Source: Syntrophaceae bacterium UBA1411
GTDB taxonomy: Bacteria; Desulfobacterota; Syntrophia; Syntrophales; Smithellaceae
Assembly: GCA_002304995.1 (NCBI GenBank)
Contig: DBPV01000119.1
Coordinates: 1,429-65,428, forward strand
Reading direction: 5' to 3'
Length of the DNA: 64,000 nucleotides
The translations under genes were made by a program, and so were the position numbers. The notes under the pieces are model-generated. The model was not told the DNA's origin. It was given only the letters and a program-made list of their open reading frames with translations, and ran no database searches. How positions within the stretch are numbered: position 1 is the first letter of the stretch; each line of letters opens with the position of its first letter. Below are positions 48,796 through 58,838 of the stretch, piece by piece.

Positions 48796-50361
48796 ATGCT
48801 CAACGGCGGTTTATATGTGCTGTTTATCATCGTGGCGGCTCTGGCGGGAGCGATAGCCGGTTATGTGCTCAAACAGATCTTTACGGCCAAAAAAATCAAG
48901 GCCTCCGAAAGTCTGGCGGCGCGGATAGTCGAAGAATCGAAAAAAGAAGCCGAAACGATAAAAAAAGAGGCGATTATTCAGGCCAAGGAAAATCTGCTGA
49001 AAATGAAGGCGGATTTCGACCGGGAAACCAAGGAAGTCAAAGGCGAACTGGAGGGGCTGGAGCGGCGCATCCGGACGAAGGAAGAAAATCTGGACAAGCG
49101 CGTCGACAGCCTGTCGCAAAAGGAAAACAATATCGAGGGGCGGGAAAAGAACTTAAGCCAGAAAGAACACGCCCTGGAGGAAAAACACAAGCGGCTGGAC
49201 ACCCTGGTGGCGGAACAGAAGGATAAGCTGGAAAAAATCGCCGGCATCACGCAGGACGAAGCCAAAAATATTCTGATCGCCTCCATGGAGGCGGATGCCA
49301 GACGGGACGCGGCGGCGCTGGTGCGCAAGGCGGAGGAGGAAGCCAAGCTCACCGCAGACCGCAAGGCCAGGGAAGTGATCGCCTACGCCATTCAGCGCTA
49401 TGCGGGGGATTATGTCGCGGAGCATACCGTTTCCGTCGTCAATCTGCCCAGCGAGGAAATGAAGGGGCGCATCATCGGCCGCGAGGGCCGCAACATCCGG
49501 GCCATTGAAGCGGCGACCGGCATCGACCTGATCGTGGACGACACGCCCGAGGCGGTGGTGCTTTCCAGCTTCGACCCGGTACGGCGCGAAATCGCGCGGA
49601 TATCGCTCGAGCGCCTGATTCAGGACGGCCGCATCCATCCGGGTCGGATCGAAGACATCGTGAAGAAAGTGGAAAAGGAAGTCGAACAGATCATCCGGGA
49701 GACGGGCGAAAAGGCCTCGTTCGACTGCGGCGTCCACGACATCCATCCGGAAATCATCAATATGCTGGGTGCGCTCAAATACCGCACCAGCTATTCGCAA
49801 AACGTTCTGCAGCATTCCATCGACGTGGCCTACCTGACGGGGCTCATGGCCGCCGAACTGAAGATGAACATCAAGGAAGCCAAACGCGCGGGCCTGCTGC
49901 ATGACATCGGCAAGGCCGTGGATCACAAGATCGAGGGCACGCACGCCGCCATCGGCGCCGATTTCGCCAAACGCTTCGGTGAAAATCCGCGCATTGTCCA
50001 GGCGATCGCCACGCACCACGACGACGGCCGCAACAATACGCTCCTGGGCGTCCTGGTCCAGGCGGCGGACACGCTGTCGGCGGCCCGCCCCGGCGCCCGC
50101 CGCGAAATGCTGGAAACCTACGTGCAGCGTCTGGAGGAGTTGGAGAAGATCGCCCATTCCTTCACCGGCGTCGATAAGTGCTTTGCCATCCAGGCGGGGC
50201 GAGAAATCCGCATCATGGTGGAAAACGAAAAGATTTCCGACAACGATGCCGCAATGCTGTGCGGCGACATTGTGAAAAAGATCGAAACCGAGCTGACCTA
50301 TCCCGGCCAGATCAAAGTCACGGTGATTCGGGAAACACGGGTTTCCAATTTCGCCAAATAG
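48796..50361 (+). CDS. rny: ribonuclease Y
   Basis: N-terminal TM helix, long coiled coil, KH domain ([15 protein letters not shown]), HD domain (LLHDIGKA). I trimmed the start to ATG 48796, which has SD GGAGGAGGGAAGG. Confidence 0.93.
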   Translation: MLNGGLYVLFIIVAALAGAIAGYVLKQIFTAKKIKASESLAARIVEESKKEAETIKKEAIIQAKENLLKMKADFDRETKEVKGELEGLERRIRTKEENLDKRVDSLSQKENNIEGREKNLSQKEHALEEKHKRLDTLVAEQKDKLEKIAGITQDEAKNILIASMEADARRDAAALVRKAEEEAKLTADRKAREVIAYAIQRYAGDYVAEHTVSVVNLPSEEMKGRIIGREGRNIRAIEAATGIDLIVDDTPEAVVLSSFDPVRREIARISLERLIQDGRIHPGRIEDIVKKVEKEVEQIIRETGEKASFDCGVHDIHPEIINMLGALKYRTSYSQNVLQHSIDVAYLTGLMAAELKMNIKEAKRAGLLHDIGKAVDHKIEGTHAAIGADFAKRFGENPRIVQAIATHHDDGRNNTLLGVLVQAADTLSAARPGARREMLETYVQRLEELEKIAHSFTGVDKCFAIQAGREIRIMVENEKISDNDAAMLCGDIVKKIETELTYPGQIKVTVIRETRVSNFAK

Positions 50362-50382
50362 GCGCGCAAAACGGAAGAGGGC

Positions 50383-51168
50383 ATGAAGATATTATTTATC
50401 GGCGATATCGTCGGCAAACCGGGCCGCAGGGCGGTCCGGGAACTGCTGCCCGGCCTGGTCAACGGGCACGGCATCGACCTGGTGATCGCCAACTGCGAAA
50501 ACGCCGCCGCCGGCTTCGGCGTCACGCGCGACATCATCGAAGAGCTCTATGCATCGCACATCGATATTCTGACCTCCGGCAACCACGTCTGGGACAAAAA
50601 AGAGGCCCTCGAGTTCATTGCCGACTATGAAACGCTTCTGCGTCCCGCAAACTATCCGGAAACGGTACCCGGCCGCGGCAGCGTCCTTTATCCCACGCCG
50701 GGCGGCGACCATGTCGGCGTGCTCAATCTGGCCGGCCGCGTCTTCATGCAACCGCTCGACTGTCCGTTTGTGCGGGCCGACGAGGAAATCGCCCGTCTGC
50801 GGGCCCAGACGAAAGTCGTCATCGTGGACATCCACGCCGAGGCGACCTCCGAAAAAAAGGCGCTGGGCTGGTATCTCGACGGGCAGGTTTCCGCAGTGCT
50901 CGGCACGCACACGCATGTCCAGACGGCGGACGATGAGATACTGCCGGGAGGCACGGCGTATCTGAGCGACGCGGGCATGACGGGACCCTTCGATTCCGTC
51001 ATCGGCATCAGGAAAGAAACCATTATTGAAAGATTCTTAACGCAGATTCCCAACCGGTTCGATGTGGCCAAACACGACATCCGGCTGCAGGGCGCGCTTC
51101 TGGACATCGATCCGGAAAGCGGAAAGGCCCGCGCCATCGAGCGGATCAGTGTCAGATTGAACGAGTAA
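50383..51168 (+). CDS. ymdB: YmdB-family metallophosphoesterase (TIGR00282)
   Basis: MKILFIGDIVGKPGR, NCENAAAGFG, SGNHVWD, DIHAEATSEK, GTHTHVQTAD. Confidence 0.9.
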   Translation: MKILFIGDIVGKPGRRAVRELLPGLVNGHGIDLVIANCENAAAGFGVTRDIIEELYASHIDILTSGNHVWDKKEALEFIADYETLLRPANYPETVPGRGSVLYPTPGGDHVGVLNLAGRVFMQPLDCPFVRADEEIARLRAQTKVVIVDIHAEATSEKKALGWYLDGQVSAVLGTHTHVQTADDEILPGGTAYLSDAGMTGPFDSVIGIRKETIIERFLTQIPNRFDVAKHDIRLQGALLDIDPESGKARAIERISVRLNE

Positions 51169-51184
51169 GCCCAGCGGAGGCGTC

Positions 51185-52468
51185 ATGAAAAGCGGCTTTG
51201 ACGTATTGAAGGAAAGAGGATTTATCGAACAGTTCACGGACGAGGGACTGATCACCGGGCAATTCGCCCGCGGACCGGTCACCTGCTATATCGGATTCGA
51301 TCCCACGGCCACCAGCCTGCACATCGGCAGCCTTGTGCCCATCATGGCGCTGGCGCACATGCAGCAGACCGGCAACCGGCCCATCGCGCTGGTGGGCGGC
51401 GGCACGGGCCTCATCGGCGATCCCAGCGGCAAGACGGAAATGCGCCAGGTGCTGACCCGCGAACAAATCGACTACAACGCGGGTTGTCTGGGAAAGCAGC
51501 TTTCCAAATATATCGACTTTTCGGATGGCCGGGCCCTGCTGCTCAACAACGCGGACTGGCTTACCAAGATCAACTACATCGAGTTTCTCCGCGACATCGG
51601 CCGCCATTTCAGCGTCAACCGGATGCTGGCGGCGGAAAGCTATAAAATCCGCCTGGAGAAGGGTCTCAACTTCATCGAGTTCAACTACATGCTGCTCCAG
51701 GGATACGACTTTTTGTATCTGTTTCAGCATCACGGCTGCGCGCTGCAGATGGGCGGCAACGACCAGTGGGGCAACATGCTGGCCGGGACCGAACTCATCC
51801 GCAAGGTCGAAGCCAAGGATGCCCACGCGCTGACGTTTCCGCTCATCACGACGTCGCTGGGCCAGAAGATGGGCAAGACGGAAAAGGGAACGGTCTGGCT
51901 CGACGCCGGGCTCACCACCCCCTACGAGTATTACCAGTACTGGGTCAACTGCGACGATGCCGACGTGGAGCGTTTTTTGAAGCTCTTCACTTTTCTGCCG
52001 CTGTCGGACATCGCCGTCGTGAAAACGCTGGCGGACGCACGGCTCAATATGGCCAAGACCGTTCTGGCGTATGAAGCCACCAAGGTCACGCACGGGACCG
52101 AGGCGGCGCGCGCCGCCTGGCGCGCGTCTCTGGAAGCGTTTCATGCGCGGCCGGTGGACGCCGATTTGTTTCCGGCCAGCGACATTCCGCGCGAAGCGCC
52201 GGCGGCCGACACGTCCGCCATTCCCCGTTTCACTGTCGCCCGCACCGATATCGACGCGGGGCTTCTCATTACCTCGCTTTGCGCCAGGGCGGGGCTTACG
52301 CAGTCCATGTCGGAGGCCAAGCGCCTGATCGACCAGGGCGGCATCCATCTGGGCCTGCGCCAGGTCAAGACGGTCGATGAAAAGCTGTCCGCTGCTGATT
52401 TTACCGAAGGCGAGCTGCGCATCCGCAAGGGAAAGAAAAAATATCTGATCGTGACCCTGCAGGATTAA
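51185..52468 (+). CDS. tyrS: tyrosine--tRNA ligase
   Basis: HIGH-type motif (SLHIGSL). KMSKS-type motif (KMGKTEKG). C-terminal S4-like domain. Confidence 0.95.
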   Translation: MKSGFDVLKERGFIEQFTDEGLITGQFARGPVTCYIGFDPTATSLHIGSLVPIMALAHMQQTGNRPIALVGGGTGLIGDPSGKTEMRQVLTREQIDYNAGCLGKQLSKYIDFSDGRALLLNNADWLTKINYIEFLRDIGRHFSVNRMLAAESYKIRLEKGLNFIEFNYMLLQGYDFLYLFQHHGCALQMGGNDQWGNMLAGTELIRKVEAKDAHALTFPLITTSLGQKMGKTEKGTVWLDAGLTTPYEYYQYWVNCDDADVERFLKLFTFLPLSDIAVVKTLADARLNMAKTVLAYEATKVTHGTEAARAAWRASLEAFHARPVDADLFPASDIPREAPAADTSAIPRFTVARTDIDAGLLITSLCARAGLTQSMSEAKRLIDQGGIHLGLRQVKTVDEKLSAADFTEGELRIRKGKKKYLIVTLQD

Positions 52469-52509
52469 AAGCCGCAGACGATGGATCAGGCAAATACACC
52501 GGCGCCGGT

Positions 52510-53121
52510 CTACAGAAATCCCGCCTGAAACTCCGGCGTGCCGAGAATCGTTTTCACCGTGAGATCGATCATGCGATAGGCCCGGGCCTGCAGTTTTTCC
52601 GGACTGCGCTCGGCGGCCGGGCCTGCAATGATGGTCAGATCCTTATGAAAGATCGTCTCTCCGTTTTCCAGCAGCGTCACAGTAAATTTGAGCTCTTCGT
52701 CATTGAAGGATCGGAAGATGATCCACAGCTCAGGCACGTCCGGCGTGCAGCGGTCCACAACCGTCAGCCCCGCGTGACCGAAACCTTTCTGATAGGCGTA
52801 CCAGAAAAAGCTGGGGATGAGCTGCATGGGCGTGTTGGCCTTGTTGGAAAGGGAATATTTCACGCGGTTGTCTTTGCTGTAATAGGAGAAATTGGTCGTG
52901 TTGCGCGCGTCGTTGCGGATATTCGACAGGCACAGTGTCTTTCCCTTGTATGCGGGCAGGGTGCCGCCGAATTGCGGCGTGTAGTCGCTGAGGGTCAGCG
53001 GGACGATCAGGCTCGCCGTGTCGGGGGTGAGCGTCTTGTTGGACGGCGTGCAGGCCGCCACGGCAAAGGCAAGCAGCAAAACAACGGAGAGGCGCAGGAT
53101 CCGGACAGGCGTTTGATTCAC
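52510..53121 (-). CDS. lipoprotein, hypothetical (203 aa)
   Basis: Lipobox LLLAFAVAAC. I recognised no family. Confidence 0.62.
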   Translation of the reverse strand: MNQTPVRILRLSVVLLLAFAVAACTPSNKTLTPDTASLIVPLTLSDYTPQFGGTLPAYKGKTLCLSNIRNDARNTTNFSYYSKDNRVKYSLSNKANTPMQLIPSFFWYAYQKGFGHAGLTVVDRCTPDVPELWIIFRSFNDEELKFTVTLLENGETIFHKDLTIIAGPAAERSPEKLQARAYRMIDLTVKTILGTPEFQAGFL

Positions 53122-53193
53122 GTTTCATTTCTCCTTTTTTTTTCGATGCAGTGGGCGGCATTGTAGCCGAAACGGCCGGGGGATGCAACGGCG

Positions 53194-53619
53194 TTAATCG
53201 TCTAAAAACGGCAGGGGCTTTTCCAGCCGGTACACGAGCGCCTGACAGGTTGCCAAAAGCTTTCCCGCTTCGTCGGCGGCGCGAAGATCGTAGGCCGCGG
53301 TCCGGCGCGTTTTATTGATTTCTTTTGCTTCCGCCGTCAGTCTGGCTCCCCTGGCGGGGGAGGCCAGATACGTGATGTTCATGCTGAGGGCGACGGCCAT
53401 CGTGCCGTGCGAGTTGGAGGCGATTTCGAAAGCCGCGTCCAGCAGCGAAAAAATTGCGCCGCCGTGCGCCATGCCGAACATGTTCTCCATGTCGTCGGTG
53501 AACGTCATTTCCACCCGGGCAAAGCCCGGTCTCACTTCCGTAAGCGAAATTCCGAATTTCCGACTGAAGGGTTCCTGTGCGATTTTTTGAAAAAGGGCCG
53601 CCCGAATCTTTTCATCCAT
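53194..53619 (-). CDS. PaaI-family hotdog-fold thioesterase
   Basis: NMFGMAHGGAIFSLLDAAF and the overall 141-aa length are typical of PaaI/4HBT-II thioesterases. Confidence 0.85.
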   Translation of the reverse strand: MDEKIRAALFQKIAQEPFSRKFGISLTEVRPGFARVEMTFTDDMENMFGMAHGGAIFSLLDAAFEIASNSHGTMAVALSMNITYLASPARGARLTAEAKEINKTRRTAAYDLRAADEAGKLLATCQALVYRLEKPLPFLDD

Positions 53620-53703
53620 TGCCTGCCTCCTTGCTTGCCTGCTGTCTGTTCGCGTCGTTTGCGCTTTGCCGTTAAAAGGCTCAATCGGCGCATGACGGAT
53701 GGT

Positions 53704-55242
53704 TCAGTGCAGAGCGTATTGTACGGTGATCGCCTTGAACGTTCCCGCCACCTCGTCGCCCGGCACGTCCAGGGCCGTTGTTTCCAGCGTGTACGTTCCG
53801 GGGGCGAGGCGAAGGGCGCCAAAATCAAATTCATGCTCGAATTCGAATATCGAATAAAACAGCCGTTCCGGTTCGTCGGCAAGGTAGATCCTTCCCAGAT
53901 TGATCTCGCGGACGGTTGCGGCGACTTCTTCACCCTGTGCGTTGCGGATGCGGTAGCGGATGCGGGCGATCCGGTTGTCGGCCGCGTAGTAAAGGTAAGA
54001 CGTCTCGGTCACGGATGTCGCGATCGGTTTGACGACGCCGTAAACGCTGAATTCCTCGCCGTCGGCTATCCGGAGGCCGTCGGCCAGATTGAGGTCCTGC
54101 GTTTTGGGTGTTCTGTCGTAGAGGTTGTAGCGGTTGTCGCCGTCGCCCGTGCCGCGCGCCCGGATTTCGGCCCGCGTGAGCGCGAGGCGGTCGGCGGAAG
54201 CAAAGGCGACGATCGCGCCTGCGAGGGTTTTCTCCTCGGAGGCTCTGTTGACATAGACGATTTCCGGCTCGCCGATGTCATAGCGGAAGAAAAAAGTGTT
54301 GGGGCTGTCGATGACGCCTGTCAGCAGGGCTTTGCCGATTTCCAGGCGGGACGTGGTGCCGGATTCGACCAGGTTATACAGGATGAAGCCGATCCGCGCG
54401 TTTTCCGGCGTGCCGTAAGATGTTCCATTAACGGTATTGACGACTTCCAGGGAATTTTGCGGCCGCCAGCGTTTGTTGATTTTGTAGTTTCCGACGGAGT
54501 AGCCTTCGGGAAAGAAATAGCCGGCGAAGGGATCCAGGAAAACCCGGTAGCCGTTTGCCGCCGCGTACGCTTTCAACTTGCTTTCGTGGTTGGCGGGCTG
54601 GAAGGCGCCGAACAGCTTGAAGACGGGTTTGAAATACAGCTTGAGCGTTTCGGCCTGCAGGATGAATCCCTGCGAGAAGACCGTCACCCGCAGCGTATAA
54701 ACGCCTTCCGTGAGATCTTCGAGCGGCGCACCGGATGCATCCACGTAGTCGGTGTCGAAATCTTTCGTGGCGCCGCCCAGAATGATGCCCGCAAAATATT
54801 TCTGGGTGACCAGGAGCTTGTTTCCGGGATAACGGAATCCTCCGGGAGCGAGGACGAGATCAGGCGCCTTGTCCAGGTTCCAGCCCTGGCCTTCGGCGTA
54901 GTGTTGCAAAATGGCCGCATCCGGCGTCACGCCGTTTTCATCCAGCCGGCTTTCGAGGAGGCGCACCGGCGCTCCGAGCGGAATTTCGCCGCGGAAAAGC
55001 TCGATCCGGACGTTGCTCAACACGGGAGCGCCCTGCTCAAAATAGGCGACCACGTAAAAATCCCTCTTTTCTCCGAAATACAGCTCCGTTGCACTGGGTA
55101 CGGCCAGCGTGAAAATTTTGAGCGCCGGCCGCACCGAATCGGTGGGCGAGCAGGACGAAATGAGGAGCAGAAACAAAAGTGTCCAGATGGGGATCACTTT
55201 TTTCAGGTATGCGAGGAGGGGGTTTGCGTTTTTTGCCTTCAT
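53704..55242 (-). CDS. lipoprotein, hypothetical (512 aa)
   Basis: Lipobox LLLISSC. Beta-rich. I recognised no family. Confidence 0.62.
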   Translation of the reverse strand: MKAKNANPLLAYLKKVIPIWTLLFLLLISSCSPTDSVRPALKIFTLAVPSATELYFGEKRDFYVVAYFEQGAPVLSNVRIELFRGEIPLGAPVRLLESRLDENGVTPDAAILQHYAEGQGWNLDKAPDLVLAPGGFRYPGNKLLVTQKYFAGIILGGATKDFDTDYVDASGAPLEDLTEGVYTLRVTVFSQGFILQAETLKLYFKPVFKLFGAFQPANHESKLKAYAAANGYRVFLDPFAGYFFPEGYSVGNYKINKRWRPQNSLEVVNTVNGTSYGTPENARIGFILYNLVESGTTSRLEIGKALLTGVIDSPNTFFFRYDIGEPEIVYVNRASEEKTLAGAIVAFASADRLALTRAEIRARGTGDGDNRYNLYDRTPKTQDLNLADGLRIADGEEFSVYGVVKPIATSVTETSYLYYAADNRIARIRYRIRNAQGEEVAATVREINLGRIYLADEPERLFYSIFEFEHEFDFGALRLAPGTYTLETTALDVPGDEVAGTFKAITVQYALH

Positions 55243-55450
55243 GATGCTTTCCTTTCATCAAGCGACCGGACCACAGCGGCGTTTGCCGATTTGCTGAGCC
55301 GTATTTAACGGATTTGGGGGCAAAAAACAACAAGGACAGTAAGGCGATTGTAAAAAATGCCCCGAAGGAGGCAGGCAGGTTTTGCTTTTTTCATTCAGGC
55401 GGTGGAGCCGGCGGCGGGAGAGCGCATGCCGCGGGGGATTGGGGCGCGCG

Positions 55451-55501
55451 TTAAAAGCATCGCCGGAGCAAAGCCGTGTTCCATGGCCTCGCTCCGGCGA
55501 T
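55451..55501 (-). terminator. candidate terminator after the second SBP gene
   Basis: On the minus strand: ATCGCCGGAGC-21 nt-GCTCCGGCGAT followed by GCTTTTAA. Confidence 0.5.
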
Positions 55502-55528
55502 TGTTCCACAAGGGGGTACCTTTAGGAC

Positions 55529-56983
55529 TTACTCACCCCATTCATTCTTTCCCTTGCAGCGATCCAGTTTCTGATCCATCTGGGGAAGAACCTTGGCGGC
55601 CGGGACTTTGTAAACCGGCCCCGTGTAGGAGGCGTTTTTAAACCAGAAGTAGGGAGGAATATTCATTGCGACTTTCTGCTCTTGAGGCGGCACGTACTCG
55701 GTGACGCCGAGATCCATGATCGCCTTGTGATCGCAGGCCCGCATTTTAACGACCTTGCCGTTGATATACTCGAAACTGTCGTTTTCCCAGATTTTGATGA
55801 TCTTTTCCGGATCGGTGCTCTGCGCCCGTTCCAGAACGCTCATCGCCCAGTAGGTCGTCATGACCCAGCCGGCGGCGTTGGCCGTGAAGTGCTGGAAGGC
55901 GATGCTGCTGTAAGGAAGCGTCTTCCATTTTTTCTGCTGCTCCTTCCAGGTCGTGTAGAGTTTGATGTGCTCCTTGGTTTTGAAGAAGGGAGTGGTGTCA
56001 TAGTAAGCGCTGATATTCACCAGACCCTTGGTGCCTTCGACGCCCGTTTCGTTGAGATAGTTGGGTTCGTCCACGTAGACGTTGGCGAAAGGCAGGGTGA
56101 TGCCCATCTGGCGAGCCTGTTTCAGCAGGTTGCCCGCATCCGGAAGCCAGTCGCCCGTGAAAATGACTTCGGCGCCGGAAGCCTTGATTTTGGTGAGGTA
56201 GGGAGCGTAGTCGGTGAGGAACAGCTTATGGTAATCTTCACCCACCACCTGCGCTTCGGGGTAGTATTCCTTCAGGCCCTGTTTGAAATCTTCCGCGAAC
56301 TGGCGGCCGAAGGCGTAATCCTGATTGAGGATGTAGAATTTTTTCTCCTTTTTGCGGATCTGGCCGTAGTAGTAAGCCAGGCCGCGCGCGACGGAAGCGG
56401 TGGAGAAGGTCGCGTGGAAAGCGTAGGGCGAGAAGTTCACCGCGTCCTGAAGGTCGTCGGACATGCAGGTGGCGTTGATGGCGATGATCTTGTACTTGCG
56501 GGCGGTGTCGTTGATGACTTTCATGAAGTGGCTGCCGTCCGTTCCCCAGAAGAAGTGAACTTTCTCCTGCAGAGCCATCCGCTCGGTGACCTTTTTGCAC
56601 TGATCCACTTTGGACTGGTGATCGGCTTTGATGACTTCGATCAGTTTTTTCTTGCCGTCCACCAGAAGGCCGCCGCGTTTGTTGATGTCATGGGCCACCC
56701 ACTGCACCATGGCATAGTAAATCTGTCCGTTGTAGGCGCTGGGTCCGGAGAAGGCCGCGACGACGGCGATTTTGATCGTGTCGCCGGTAGGCGTGACGGG
56801 GTTGCCCGGATCGAAGTCCGACATGTCCCCCATTTTAGCCACGTTCACCGTGGCGGCGGCTTTAGGCGCCTTGGCGGCCTTGTCCGCTTTCGCCGCAAAC
56901 ACGGCGGTCGGACTCGCGGCAGCCACGGACCAGACGAAGAGCGTGAGAAAAACGACTGCAAAATACTTACCCATCTGCTTCAT
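55529..56983 (-). CDS. periplasmic substrate-binding protein (Peripla_BP_6-like), orphan
   Basis: ATG 56983 with SD AGGAGG. Signal peptide MKQMGKYFAVVFLTLFVWSVAAA, then an Ala/Lys linker (AAKADKAAKAPKAAA). IKIAVVAAFSGPSAYNGQIYYAMVQWVAHDINKRGG is typical of the family. Confidence 0.85.
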   Translation of the reverse strand: MKQMGKYFAVVFLTLFVWSVAAASPTAVFAAKADKAAKAPKAAATVNVAKMGDMSDFDPGNPVTPTGDTIKIAVVAAFSGPSAYNGQIYYAMVQWVAHDINKRGGLLVDGKKKLIEVIKADHQSKVDQCKKVTERMALQEKVHFFWGTDGSHFMKVINDTARKYKIIAINATCMSDDLQDAVNFSPYAFHATFSTASVARGLAYYYGQIRKKEKKFYILNQDYAFGRQFAEDFKQGLKEYYPEAQVVGEDYHKLFLTDYAPYLTKIKASGAEVIFTGDWLPDAGNLLKQARQMGITLPFANVYVDEPNYLNETGVEGTKGLVNISAYYDTTPFFKTKEHIKLYTTWKEQQKKWKTLPYSSIAFQHFTANAAGWVMTTYWAMSVLERAQSTDPEKIIKIWENDSFEYINGKVVKMRACDHKAIMDLGVTEYVPPQEQKVAMNIPPYFWFKNASYTGPVYKVPAAKVLPQMDQKLDRCKGKNEWGE

Positions 56984-57323
56984 TTTACTTTCCTCCTGAT
57001 GACAAAATTGATGATCCCGCAAGACGTTGGCGTTCGGTCTTTTCCGGAGGCGGCATGGCGGGCACGGCAGTGGTCACGTTTCCCGGAAGTGTCGTCGGTG
57101 CCGGAATACCGGGTCGCGTTTACGGTTTCATATTATTGTACCTCCGGGCGGCCGGAAAACCGGCCGGCAATTGCTTTGAAATCCGGTCAAAAAAATAAAA
57201 CGGCGTTTAAGTACTGCTTAACGTCTTTTTATTTATACTAATGTTTAATTAAAGTCAACGAGATATGAGCTTAAAAATAATTCGTAATATCAATTACATA
57301 TTGAACTATCTGAAAATATTGTA

Positions 57324-57339
57324 AAACGGACGTATGTTT
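57324..57339. promoter_or_regulatory. 16-bp palindromic operator candidate (copy 1)
   Basis: AAACGGACGTATGTTT. On the minus strand it abuts a TTTACA -35-like hexamer facing the SBP gene. Confidence 0.5.
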
Positions 57340-57534
57340 ATTTTCCTTCCGGCCGCCCCGGAGCGGAGCCGAAAGACCGGATGGCTTTTTTGCTTATATC
57401 CTCGCGGCAAACCGCCGGGCAGAAGGTGCTCGAGCCAGAGAGCGGATCGACGCTTTCTTAAGCATCCTTTCTGTGGATATTCGATAAAATTATCGATGAT
57501 TTAAATAAACTATATGTTTAACAATATAAAATTC

Positions 57535-57563
57535 TTGACAAAATAACGACGATAATTTAAAAA
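57535..57563 (+). promoter_or_regulatory. candidate sigma-70 promoter for the NMO-family gene
   Basis: TTGACA-17 nt-TAAAAA. Confidence 0.5.
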
Positions 57564-57566
57564 GCA

Positions 57567-57582
57567 AAATGAACGTCCGTTT
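57567..57582. promoter_or_regulatory. 16-bp palindromic operator candidate (copy 2)
   Basis: AAATGAACGTCCGTTT. It starts 4 nt after the -10 hexamer, so it covers the predicted TSS. Confidence 0.5.
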
Positions 57583-57643
57583 TATCGCTGCGCGCAATGC
57601 GCACGGAGGAATCATTTTAAAATCAATTTAAAGGAGGCGTTTC

Positions 57644-58756
57644 ATGATTAAATCAAGACTTTGCGACCTGATCGGAACGAGATACCCGATCATCCAGGCG
57701 GGAATGGGCCCGTTTTCCAACAATAACCTCGGCGTTGCGGCGGCCAATGCCGGCGCGCTGGGGCTCTTGTCCACAAGCGGTTTGACCGGCAGGGACATGC
57801 AGCCGTTTGTGTATGACGCCTGGATCAAGAGCGCCGAGGCGAATCCGGATGACGATATGGAAACCGCGATGGAGAAGGTCCTGCAGCGGACATACCGTCT
57901 GACGAAGGACAAGAACGGCGTGTTCGGCATCAACGTGATGGTGTCCGCGGAAATGGCCAAGGAAGCGGATATCATTATCAGCAAGGCGATTGAAGTGCGG
58001 GAGAAAAATCCCGACATGAAAAAACACTTCAAGGTGATCTTCACATCGGCGGGCGATCCCGTTCCCTGGCGCGACAAGATCAAAGGCGCGGGATTTACCT
58101 GGATGCACGTGGTTCCGTCCGTGAAGGGCGCGCAGCGCTGCAAGAAGGCGGGCGTGGATGTCATCGTCGCTTCCGGCCACGAGGGTGGATTCCACACCTC
58201 CTGGGAGCCGGTGCACTCGATGATTCTGCTGCCGGCCGTGGTGGAAGCGGTTTCCGACGACAAGACGCTGGTATGCGGCGCCGGTGGTTTCTGCGACGGC
58301 AAAACGCTGGCGGCCGCTCTGGTTCTGGGCGCAGACGGCGTGCAGATGGGCACGCGTTTCCTGTCCACCCAGGAGAGCGATTTTCACCAGATCTGGAAGG
58401 AAGGCGTCGTGGCGGCCGGAGACCGGGGCACGCTGGTGGCCCGCGGCTTTGTCGGCCCCGCGCGCTGGATTAAAAACAAGCGCAGCGAAGAGCATGCGGT
58501 CAACACGCTCCAAAAATCCCCGGGCGTGTTTCTGGGAACGCCCGATGACTATACCACCATCGACATGAAACTGATTCAGTATGAACTCGAATCGATCAAG
58601 GCGGTTTATGACGGCGATCGGGAAAAGGCGATGATGGCCGCCGGCGAATGCGCACAGCGCATCGGCGACATGCCCAAAGTCGACGACATGGTGCAGAAGG
58701 TCGTGAAAGAGGCGGAAGAGATTCTCCGCGGTGTGGAAAAGAAATTCCTGGCTTAA
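57644..58756 (+). CDS. nitronate monooxygenase / FabK-like FMN-dependent enoyl reductase family protein
   Basis: YPIIQAGMGPFS, the TIM-barrel FMN pattern ...VVPSVKGAQRCKKAGVDVIVASGHEGGFH..., GADGVQMGTRF. SD AAAGGAGG. Confidence 0.85.
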   Translation: MIKSRLCDLIGTRYPIIQAGMGPFSNNNLGVAAANAGALGLLSTSGLTGRDMQPFVYDAWIKSAEANPDDDMETAMEKVLQRTYRLTKDKNGVFGINVMVSAEMAKEADIIISKAIEVREKNPDMKKHFKVIFTSAGDPVPWRDKIKGAGFTWMHVVPSVKGAQRCKKAGVDVIVASGHEGGFHTSWEPVHSMILLPAVVEAVSDDKTLVCGAGGFCDGKTLAAALVLGADGVQMGTRFLSTQESDFHQIWKEGVVAAGDRGTLVARGFVGPARWIKNKRSEEHAVNTLQKSPGVFLGTPDDYTTIDMKLIQYELESIKAVYDGDREKAMMAAGECAQRIGDMPKVDDMVQKVVKEAEEILRGVEKKFLA

Positions 58757-58782
58757 ACGGTCACTGAACGATGAAACAAGAA

Positions 58783-58822
58783 GGGGACGGGAAGTCTGTT
58801 GCTTCCCGTCCCCCTTTTTTAT
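58783..58822. terminator. bidirectional intrinsic terminator
   Basis: GGGGACGGGAAG-7 nt-CTTCCCGTCCCC followed by CTTTTTTAT. It lies between convergent genes. Confidence 0.85.
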
Positions 58823-58838
58823 GAGGCGGTTCGGGAAA

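Noticed and set aside
53407-55308. 633-aa plus-strand ORF opposite the PaaI and 512-aa lipoprotein genes. Similar long antisense ORFs lie at 23120-24610, 25222-26718, 55682-57241, 57653-58927, 59112-61436, 61985-63667, 51152-52348, 18389-19618 and 4006-5265.
   Set aside because: All lie antisense to genes with clear family motifs. They show the Arg/Gly/Asp/His-rich composition of reverse-frame GC-rich coding DNA and lack an SD or any recognisable domain.
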